From IMG/VR virus record IMGVR_UViG_2698536450_000001: 4,579 bases of DNA; one strand, written 5' to 3'. This DNA comes from a virus (lineage: Duplodnaviria > Heunggongvirae > Uroviricota > Caudoviricetes). The translations under genes and the position numbers were made by a program. The notes under the pieces were generated by a model. That model was given only the letters and a program-made list of their open reading frames with translations. It was not told the DNA's origin and made no database searches. Below, piece after piece: positions 1 through 4,579 of this stretch. The number at the start of each line of letters is the position of its first letter. Positions within the stretch are counted from its first letter, which is position 1.

Positions 1-140
1 TCCCGGGCAACCTGTGATGAAGACTGATTAATCGCCGTTGTGGCCACGCGGTTAATCGTCATTGCTGAAGCCGCCGGAATGGCGTTTTTACGAACCCGGC
101 TCAGATTATCAATCGCCTGAGCAAGCCCTTTTATCGCCAT
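1..140 (-). CDS. Z: Tail completion protein Z (lambda gpZ-like), N-terminal portion only; the gene continues beyond the window start
   Basis: Minus-strand ATG at 140-138 (plus-strand cat). My translation of the reverse complement gives MAIKGLAQAIDNLSRVRKNAIPAASAMTINRVATTAINQSSSQVAR..., open to position 1. This resembles the lambda gpZ N-terminus as I recall it (MAIKGLEQAVENL...). It lies directly downstream of FII, as in the lambda late operon. Confidence 0.75.
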   Translation of the reverse strand, partial: MAIKGLAQAIDNLSRVRKNAIPAASAMTINRVATTAINQSSSQVAR

Positions 141-155
141 AATTTCACCCTGCGT

Positions 156-509
156 TTATCGTCGCCGGTTAACAGCGGGTGGTTGCCCACGGTTGAGCCA
201 GAGATAACAGCTTCCCCCGTCATCCGGAGAAACACGATCCACCCAGAACATCTCGCCGTTAATGGTCAGCGTGTCACCACGCCGCACGGCACGCACCGTA
301 TCCGTCCGCACAAATAATGACGGGCTGCTTCCTTCAATACGGACCCCGCCACCGGCAAAACCCAGCGACTCCGGATCGTCAAAAACCCCCTGAACTTCGC
401 CGCCACGTTGTGCCCCCGAGGTGAACTGCGCACAGAGCCCCATCACTTCAACAATCGTTCTGTCCACCCCGGCAAGGGCAGCATCAAAGGAATTCTCAAA
501 ATCACGCAT
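156..509 (-). CDS. FII: Head-tail joining protein FII (lambda gpFII-like), 117 aa
   Basis: ORF track 156..509 minus. Translation MRDFENSFDAALAGVDRTIV...FWVDRVSPDDGGSCYLWLNRGQPPAVNRRR closely resembles my recollection of lambda gpFII (same 117 aa length, ...GDTLTI...FWVDRVSPDDGGSC.LWL.RG.PPAVNRRR). ATG at 509-507 lies 5 nt upstream of the FI stop (minus-strand ATGCGTGA), an 8-nt gene overlap typical of translational coupling. Confidence 0.9.
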   Translation of the reverse strand: MRDFENSFDAALAGVDRTIVEVMGLCAQFTSGAQRGGEVQGVFDDPESLGFAGGGVRIEGSSPSLFVRTDTVRAVRRGDTLTINGEMFWVDRVSPDDGGSCYLWLNRGQPPAVNRRR

Positions 510-870
510 AAACGGCCATTCCGCTCCTAACCATGTCTTTTGCCACTGAGGGGGGCATCAGAATTACTCTGCCAGCATCAACATGCTCAACAGGCTCACC
601 TGTTTCATCGTCAACACCGCACAGGTAAAAACACTTCAGAAGCCTGATACGTTCCAGAATACCAACGTCATCCTCACCGGTGTGCCTGCATGCCTGCTCA
701 TGAACGGTATCATCAACATCTGCGATTTCATTTTCCGAGGCGCAAACCTCCTCTTCCCACTCTGCCACACGCTGTGCGATATCCGCAGCACTCCCCGACA
801 TATCCGCCTCGCGCCCCAGCAGACCAGCCAGTTCACGAAGACGTTTCTGATTTTCTTCTTTTGTTGCCAT
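502..870 (-). CDS. FI: FI-like DNA-packaging / head assembly protein (lambda gpFI-like), about 122 aa
   Basis: Same frame as ORF 502..918, but I place the start at the internal ATG at 870-868 (MATKEENQKRLRELAGLLGRE...). This start is preceded by a GGGAG Shine-Dalgarno-like motif and lies downstream of the post-E hairpin, whereas the 918 start is a GTG inside that hairpin region. The N-terminus is lambda gpFI-like by recall, and the position between E and FII matches lambda. Confidence 0.75.
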   Translation of the reverse strand: MATKEENQKRLRELAGLLGREADMSGSAADIAQRVAEWEEEVCASENEIADVDDTVHEQACRHTGEDDVGILERIRLLKCFYLCGVDDETGEPVEHVDAGRVILMPPSVAKDMVRSGMAVYA

Positions 871-885
871 ATCCAGCTCCCTGTG

Positions 886-913
886 AAAAAAACACGGGGG
901 CATTTCGCCCCCG
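886..913 (-). terminator. Intrinsic terminator-like hairpin plus U-tract immediately downstream of the major capsid gene E
   Basis: Plus strand 895-913 is cgggggc-atttc-gcccccg: a 7-bp all-GC inverted repeat with a 5-nt loop. It is preceded on the plus strand by A7 (886-892), so on the minus strand the hairpin is followed by UGUUUUUUU. It sits 9 nt after the E stop codon (TAA at 924-922) and about 25 nt before the FI start. Confidence 0.5.
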
Positions 914-921
914 CTCACGGA

Positions 922-1950
922 TTATTTCACCTGTACCACCACAAACTCATCCGGATCCGGCAGCACCATCAGCGGCGCGGACTGCGTCATGGTGAATTCA
1001 CAGGACGGATCGCCCACGGTCAGCCAGTGTTTCGGGTAACGGGAAGAAGCCACCACTCCTTCAGACAACGCCTGTGCATCCTTAATGGCTCCATAGCAAC
1101 GAATCCCCTCTGCTGCCGTATTCCCCAGCACCAGCGTGCCCTCCGGCAGATAACGTTTTTCGGTACCGTCCTCTGCCACATAAGACGTTTTCGCTACCAC
1201 AATGGCCAGATCGCCGTAATACCCCTTGAAGGATACCACTGCGCCCAGATCTTTCACTGCCGTTTCGAGTTGTGAATTTGAACCGCGACGGGTATCCATT
1301 TTTTCGCGGAAAAGCTTAAAGCCATTCAGCAGACGCCAGACGGTACCGTCCATAATGGCAATATTCACAAGACCACTGGCCTGATCACAGAAAAGGTCGA
1401 TATCATATGTCGGGTCGAACGTGTCACGATCCTGTTTTGACCACTCCTTACCGCTACCTTGTATGATGTTATTCTTCGTCGATCGGCCAAAATCGACTTC
1501 AATTTTCTCGAACTGGTCTCCTTCCATCGTATATTTGCCATACAGCACGGCATTCACCGCCTGCATTTCTTCCACCTGCACAATAGCGTGCTCTTCCTGT
1601 TTGAGGTTATCAGTGATGATACGCAGACGACGGTAGGCCGGGTCGTTCAGCTGAGCCGGATCTTCACCGGGAAGGCGCTCAACCGCCTGCTGGTAATTAA
1701 ATTCGTGTTTCGGCTTGACGTAGCCCGGACGCAACACGCGGGTTTCACCACCACGATGGCGCAGCACTTTTCCTTCAACGATCGGGGAGACATAGGCCGC
1801 CACCGGCGTTTTTCCGGTAATTTTGTCCAGCATCACCTCTTCGGTGTGGAAATTCACCGTACGGCGGAAAAACAGCTCCAGAAATAGCGCACGGAATTTC
1901 ACTTTTTGTTCGGTATAACCGAGTAACTGGCGGGTCGTAAACAATCCCAT
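922..1950 (-). CDS. E: Major capsid protein (lambda gpE-like), 342 aa
   Basis: ORF track 922..1950 minus. The translation matches lambda gpE along its length by recall (…TTRQLLG.TEQK.KF…LFF…YVSPIV.G.V…RGG…PGYVKPKHE…DPAYRR.RII…EEMQAV.AVL.GKYTM.G…TRRGSNS.LETAVKDLG…GDPS.EFTM.QSAPLM.L.DPDEFV.VQ). ATG at 1950-1948 is preceded by an AAGGA motif. The length is close to lambda gpE (341 aa). Confidence 0.95.
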   Translation of the reverse strand: MGLFTTRQLLGYTEQKVKFRALFLELFFRRTVNFHTEEVMLDKITGKTPVAAYVSPIVEGKVLRHRGGETRVLRPGYVKPKHEFNYQQAVERLPGEDPAQLNDPAYRRLRIITDNLKQEEHAIVQVEEMQAVNAVLYGKYTMEGDQFEKIEVDFGRSTKNNIIQGSGKEWSKQDRDTFDPTYDIDLFCDQASGLVNIAIMDGTVWRLLNGFKLFREKMDTRRGSNSQLETAVKDLGAVVSFKGYYGDLAIVVAKTSYVAEDGTEKRYLPEGTLVLGNTAAEGIRCYGAIKDAQALSEGVVASSRYPKHWLTVGDPSCEFTMTQSAPLMVLPDPDEFVVVQVK

Positions 1951-1978
1951 AAATCAGTTCCTTTCATTCAGAAATCAG

Positions 1979-2000
1979 TCAGGCCACCATGGTGGCCTGA
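1979..2000. other. Perfect 22-bp palindrome (tcaggccaccatggtggcctga) in the D-E intergenic region; candidate RNA stem-loop or dyad-symmetric protein-binding site
   Basis: Read directly: 1979-2000 is its own reverse complement (9-bp arms around the central catg). It lies 8 nt after the D stop (TAA 2010-2008) and about 28 nt before the E start. On the minus strand it is not followed by a strong U-run. Confidence 0.45.
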
Positions 2001-2007
2001 TAACGTG

Positions 2008-2355
2008 TTACGGCAGAGCCGCGTGACTCAGGGCTGTGCCGGCAAAGGCATTTGCCTTTTTGTGTTCATCCACACTGTCAGGCCAGCGGATTGCCTCCGT
2101 CGCAAAGGTCCCCGACTTGTAATAGGTCAGCACCGTCTCTGTGCCTTCAAGCGGCAGTACCAGTATGCCAACCGCACTACCGGCTTTCTGTCCATCCCAG
2201 ACCACCAGTTTCCCGGTGGCTTCATCCAGCATCAGGGGCGTCAGAGCCGGTGTTGCAGAAGAAATCCCGCTGCTGCCTGTGGCGGTATGAGCCGGATCAT
2301 TACCAGCAAAAATACGTACTTCCGCACGCTGTTCAGTGATGGTTTTCGTCACCAT
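2008..2355 (-). CDS. D: Head decoration protein (lambda gpD-like), 115 aa
   Basis: ORF track 2008..2355 minus. The translation contains DPAHTAT...TPLMLD...KLV.WDG...A.VGIL...T...YKSGTF...FAGTA, which matches my recollection of lambda gpD. The size (115 aa versus 110 aa) and position between C and E are as in lambda. Confidence 0.9.
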   Translation of the reverse strand: MVTKTITEQRAEVRIFAGNDPAHTATGSSGISSATPALTPLMLDEATGKLVVWDGQKAGSAVGILVLPLEGTETVLTYYKSGTFATEAIRWPDSVDEHKKANAFAGTALSHAALP

Positions 2356-2391
2356 TTTGTTAAAACCTCATATTGATAGTCAGCACTGACT

Positions 2392-3207
2392 TCATGGCAT
2401 GGCCATGAGCATTTTCACGTCCGCATCACCGTCTGCTGACGTCTGTGACACGCCACCCCGCACCGCTGCCGGTGAATGATTCGCCATGAAATGTTCAAAC
2501 AGGGCGGTTGTGGATGCAGAGACCGGTTCGGCCTTACCTGATCCCGCAGCCAGCACAGCCCGGGCGTTCTCCACGGTCATTCCCGGGCAGGCAGCCAGTT
2601 TTTCAGCCTGCGCTTCTGCCCCTTTTGCCTCATCCAGGGCCATGATCTGATCACGAAGTGAGGGCCCGGCATCCGCCAGTGGTGCAGCCGCCAGGATCGG
2701 GCGGGCTTTTTCCACCGTCATCTCCGGCATCGCCGCCAGCGTTGCCGCCAGTTGTTCACGACCGTTCGCTTCTTCACACGCCATAATGCGATCGGCTTCA
2801 CTCTGCGCGGATGCCACCGGCTGCTGCGGTGCCGCCGCGGCCAGAATCGCCCGGGCCTGTTCAACGCTCATGCCCTGTTGCCCTGCCAGCATCGTGGCAA
2901 GCTGTTCACGTCCTTTCGCTTCCTGACACGTCAGGATCCCCATCACTCGCTGGTTCTCCTGCACTGCGGCTTCCGTTGCAGTTAATTGCGGCATAGTGCC
3001 TCCTCTGACATTACTGTTCAGCGCCGTGGCCATCACACTGATGGCATCCGACGCATTGATTAATTCATCCGCCAGCCCGGCCTCAATGCCGGACTGACCT
3101 TCAAAAACGGCGGCCTCTGTTCCCGTGACGGCATCAACAGACAGACCGGTAAACATCGCCACTTTTTCGGCAAACATCCGGCGCGCCGCATCAATGCGCT
3201 GCTGCAT
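2392..3207 (-). CDS. Nu3: Putative nested in-frame scaffolding protein (Nu3-like), translated from an internal start in the C frame; start position uncertain
   Basis: In lambda, Nu3 is the C-terminal about 200 codons of the C frame, translated from an internal start. The candidate internal ATGs here are at 3207-3205 (DMQQRIDAARR, with GAGG about 11 nt upstream), 3177-3175 and 3156-3154. The C-terminal part is Ala/Gln/Glu-rich and repetitive, as expected for a scaffold. Which start is used, if any, cannot be decided from sequence. Confidence 0.3.
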   Translation of the reverse strand: MQQRIDAARRMFAEKVAMFTGLSVDAVTGTEAAVFEGQSGIEAGLADELINASDAISVMATALNSNVRGGTMPQLTATEAAVQENQRVMGILTCQEAKGREQLATMLAGQQGMSVEQARAILAAAAPQQPVASAQSEADRIMACEEANGREQLAATLAAMPEMTVEKARPILAAAPLADAGPSLRDQIMALDEAKGAEAQAEKLAACPGMTVENARAVLAAGSGKAEPVSASTTALFEHFMANHSPAAVRGGVSQTSADGDADVKMLMAMP

Positions 3208-3897
3208 GTCCTGGCGAACCTCTGCCGGTAAGGCTTCAAACTGATTGCCATCCACCTTGTGCGTCCCTGAGTAAATCAGCGTGATATCCACACCGGCCTG
3301 CGCCAGATGACCGGCATAGCTGACATGGCTCATCATCACGCCAATGGAGCCGATACGGGATGTCTGGGTAACCAGCCGTCGGGAGCAGGCCGACGCCAGC
3401 AGCATGGCTGCAGAACAGGCCGTGTCATTGCACAGTGCCCAGACCGGCTTCTGCTGACGGAGGCGGTAAATCATGTCAGCGCAGTCAAACGCGCCGGCGG
3501 CCTGCCCGCCCGGACTGTCAATGTCCAGCAGTACGCCCCGCACCTGGCTATCCGCCATTGCCTGCTGAAGACAGGCGACAATACCGTCATAGCCTGTCAT
3601 TCCGGAAAATGGCCGCATACCCCCCAGCCGGTGCACCAGCGTGCCGGTCACCGGCAGTACAGCAATACCGTTCACCACCCTGTAAACACGGGCCGGTCGT
3701 TTACCTCCGGCCATGTACTCGTCCGTTTCAGCCAGCATTCCGGGAGCATCAAACTGTACCTGCTGTTGTGGTACCGAAAGACTTGCTGCCCCCATCTCGC
3801 GCCCGAGCGCGCAAAAGAAAACCCGCGCATAGGCGGGCTCCAGAAGCAGCGGTTCATTGAATGCTGCGGCAATAATGTGTGAAAGATTACGTCTCAC
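2392..3897 (-). CDS. C: Prohead protease / scaffold fusion protein (lambda gpC-like, S49/ClpP-fold peptidase domain with C-terminal Nu3-like scaffold domain), 501 aa, GTG start
   Basis: ORF track 2392..3897 minus. The N-terminus RRNLSHIIAAAFNEPLLLEPAYARVFFCAL matches the lambda gpC N-terminus by recall (RNLPHIASMAFNEPLMLEPAYARVFFCAL). Conserved protease-region blocks are present (NGIAVLPV.GTLV, GMTGY.GI, GAFDCAD.I, KPVWAL.ND..CSA..LLAS...RRLVTQT.R.GSIGVMM.H, ITLIYSG.HKVDGN). The start codon is GTG at 3897-3895 (plus-strand cac), preceded by AGGAGA at a 9-nt spacing; an in-frame stop lies upstream at 3936-3934. Confidence 0.9.
   Translation of the reverse strand: MRRNLSHIIAAAFNEPLLLEPAYARVFFCALGREMGAASLSVPQQQVQFDAPGMLAETDEYMAGGKRPARVYRVVNGIAVLPVTGTLVHRLGGMRPFSGMTGYDGIVACLQQAMADSQVRGVLLDIDSPGGQAAGAFDCADMIYRLRQQKPVWALCNDTACSAAMLLASACSRRLVTQTSRIGSIGVMMSHVSYAGHLAQAGVDITLIYSGTHKVDGNQFEALPAEVRQDMQQRIDAARRMFAEKVAMFTGLSVDAVTGTEAAVFEGQSGIEAGLADELINASDAISVMATALNSNVRGGTMPQLTATEAAVQENQRVMGILTCQEAKGREQLATMLAGQQGMSVEQARAILAAAAPQQPVASAQSEADRIMACEEANGREQLAATLAAMPEMTVEKARPILAAAPLADAGPSLRDQIMALDEAKGAEAQAEKLAACPGMTVENARAVLAAGSGKAEPVSASTTALFEHFMANHSPAAVRGGVSQTSADGDADVKMLMAMP
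2542..2952 (-). repeat. Three tandem in-frame copies of a ~35-50 aa motif (about 140-150 nt period) inside the C-terminal scaffold region of C/Nu3
   Basis: Protein residues about 316-452 contain ILTCQEAKGREQLATMLAGQQGMSVEQARAILAAAAP / IMACEEANGREQLAATLAAMPEMTVEKARPILAAAP / IMALDEAKGAEAQAEKLAACPGMTVENARAVLAAGSG. The repeat is visible at DNA level, for example plus strand around 2562-2590, 2700-2729 and 2851-2882 (cgggc.t.ttc.ac.gtcat..cc), and around 2610-2660, 2740-2800 and 2885-2945. Confidence 0.7.
3265..3852. repeat. Direct repeat copy 1 (inside intact C); 588 bp, about 99.5% identical to 3992..4579
   Basis: Base-by-base comparison of 3265-3852 with 3992-4579 at a constant offset of 727 bp. 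I find only 3 mismatches, in the motifs gacaatAccgtc/gacaatGccgtc, cgcatAcccccc/cgcatCcccccc and caccaccctg/caccacccgg, and no indels. Confidence 0.9.
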
Positions 3898-3906
3898 GTG
3901 GTGTTG

Positions 3907-3912
3907 TCTCCT
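3907..3912 (-). promoter_or_regulatory. Shine-Dalgarno sequence (AGGAGA) for the GTG-initiated C gene
   Basis: Minus-strand sequence ...gccggaagAGGAGAcaacaccacGTG; 9-nt spacer to the GTG at 3897-3895. Confidence 0.55.
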
Positions 3913-3966
3913 CTTCCGGCCTGCGACTCTCCGCTATCTGCTGCTGATACGCCTGCGCTATCCACA

Positions 3967-3991
3967 CCGGACGTGAGAGTCCGGCTTTTTA
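3967..3991 (+). terminator. Terminator-like hairpin plus T-tract oriented for plus-strand (antisense) transcription, inside the C-prime / C junction
   Basis: ccggac-gtgaga-gtccgg (6-bp stem, 6-nt loop) at 3967-3984, followed by cttttta (3985-3991) on the plus strand. On the minus strand it is preceded by an A-run rather than followed by a U-run, so it would act as an intrinsic terminator only on the plus strand. Confidence 0.3.
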
Positions 3992-4579
3992 CCCTGAGTA
4001 AATCAGCGTGATATCCACACCGGCCTGCGCCAGATGACCGGCATAGCTGACATGGCTCATCATCACGCCAATGGAGCCGATACGGGATGTCTGGGTAACC
4101 AGCCGTCGGGAGCAGGCCGACGCCAGCAGCATGGCTGCAGAACAGGCCGTGTCATTGCACAGTGCCCAGACCGGCTTCTGCTGACGGAGGCGGTAAATCA
4201 TGTCAGCGCAGTCAAACGCGCCGGCGGCCTGCCCGCCCGGACTGTCAATGTCCAGCAGTACGCCCCGCACCTGGCTATCCGCCATTGCCTGCTGAAGACA
4301 GGCGACAATGCCGTCATAGCCTGTCATTCCGGAAAATGGCCGCATCCCCCCCAGCCGGTGCACCAGCGTGCCGGTCACCGGCAGTACAGCAATACCGTTC
4401 ACCACCCGGTAAACACGGGCCGGTCGTTTACCTCCGGCCATGTACTCGTCCGTTTCAGCCAGCATTCCGGGAGCATCAAACTGTACCTGCTGTTGTGGTA
4501 CCGAAAGACTTGCTGCCCCCATCTCGCGCCCGAGCGCGCAAAAGAAAACCCGCGCATAGGCGGGCTCCAGAAGCAGCGG
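3989..4579 (-). pseudogene. Truncated duplicate of C (C-prime): encodes residues corresponding to about 16-211 of the protease domain, then stops at the duplication breakpoint; its N-terminus and start codon lie beyond the window end
   Basis: ORF track 3989..4522 minus has a translation identical to residues 35-211 of the intact C product, and the frame stays open to the window end. The reading frame ends ...DITLIYSG then TAA (3991-3989), whereas intact C continues THKVDGN.... The stop codon is formed by junction bases immediately outside the repeat. Confidence 0.7.
3992..4579. repeat. Direct repeat copy 2 (upstream partial copy of the C 5' region); extends to the window edge and probably beyond
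   Basis: Same alignment as for copy 1. Homology starts exactly at 3992 (ccctgagtaaatcagc...); the bases just before it (3988-3991 ttta versus 3261-3264 gcgt) differ. Confidence 0.9.

Noticed and set aside
502-918. Extended 138-aa version of FI starting at GTG 918
   Set aside because: The extra 16 codons (MSGGEMPPCFFHRELD) run through the post-E hairpin and begin 4 nt after the E stop. The internal ATG at 870, with a GGGAG motif and a lambda gpFI-like N-terminus (MATKEE...), is the more plausible start.
583-1275. Plus-strand ORF of 230 aa (and overlapping plus ORF 690..995)
   Set aside because: Entirely antisense to the well-supported FI and E genes. The translation is low-complexity and His/Arg/Cys-rich with no recognisable family, which is typical of spurious antisense frames in GC-rich coding DNA.
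1421-1887. Plus-strand ORFs 1421..1636 and 1459..1887, and minus-strand alternate-frame ORF 1365..1553
   Set aside because: These lie within or antisense to the major capsid gene E. They have no start-site signals and no recognisable similarity; the E frame explains the region.
1951-1980. 8-bp direct repeat aaatcagt (1951-1958 and 1972-1979) and a short upstream out-of-frame ATG before E
   Set aside because: Short and AT-rich, so likely chance. The upstream ATG is out of frame with E and opens only a few codons.
2005-2376. Plus-strand ORFs 2005..2376 and 2052..2339
   Set aside because: Antisense to the D decoration gene; Arg/Cys/Pro-rich composition consistent with a non-coding frame.
2378-2391. 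Small inverted repeat agtca-gcac-tgact in the C-D intergenic spacer
   Set aside because: Only a 5-bp AT-containing stem with no U-tract; too weak to call as a structural or regulatory element.
2752-2996. Plus-strand ORFs 2752..2985 and 2811..2996, and minus alternate-frame ORF 3060..3251
   Set aside because: They lie inside the C/Nu3 coding region in other frames. The openness is explained by the GC-rich, repeat-containing scaffold sequence.
3307-3882. Plus-strand ORFs 3307..3882 and 3435..3860, and minus alternate-frame ORF 3672..3872
   Set aside because: Antisense or out of frame to the conserved protease domain of C. Long open antisense frames are expected in high-GC coding sequence. No ribosome-binding site or homology supports them.
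3894-4154. Minus-strand third-frame reading window of about 86 codons spanning the junction and ending in TGA overlapping the C start
   Set aside because: It has no ATG, GTG or TTG start upstream of the junction; the only in-frame start is a GTG giving about 23 aa. It is best read as a relic of the native upstream-gene 3' end fused to out-of-frame C-prime sequence, not a gene.
1-4579. Search for CRISPR repeats, tRNA or rRNA genes, integrase or transposase, toxin-antitoxin or defence-system genes
   Set aside because: No short regularly spaced repeats, no cloverleaf-like conserved tRNA motifs, and every long ORF is accounted for by head-morphogenesis homologues. Nothing in the window supports a defence or mobile-element cargo gene.

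Overview
The window is the head-morphogenesis segment of a lambda-like (lambdoid) phage or prophage late operon, with every credible gene on the minus strand. Reading in the direction of transcription (high to low coordinates): a truncated extra copy of the 5' part of gene C (3989..4579, runs off the window), a 94-bp junction, intact C prohead protease/scaffold with a nested Nu3-like frame (2392..3897), D decoration protein (2008..2355), E major capsid protein (922..1950), FI (502..870), FII (156..509) and the start of Z (1..140). Protein assignments rest on my recalled similarity of the supplied translations to phage lambda gpC, gpD, gpE, gpFI, gpFII and gpZ plus lambda-like gene order; no database search was run. 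I see no rRNA, tRNA, CRISPR array, transposase or integrase. The plus-strand ORFs are antisense to these genes and are treated as artefacts. Features the gene list does not explain: (1) a 588-bp near-identical direct repeat that duplicates the 5' part of C and creates a stop-terminated C' fragment upstream of intact C; its three mismatches are all synonymous; (2) a threefold tandem repeat of a ~35-50 aa motif in the C-terminal scaffold part of C; (3) a GC-rich hairpin plus T-run after E; (4) a perfect 22-bp palindrome between D and E; (5) a junction carrying short direct repeats and a plus-strand terminator-like hairpin. I do not see evidence for a wholly new biological system; this is a conserved structural module with a probable rearrangement or mosaic junction at its upstream end.
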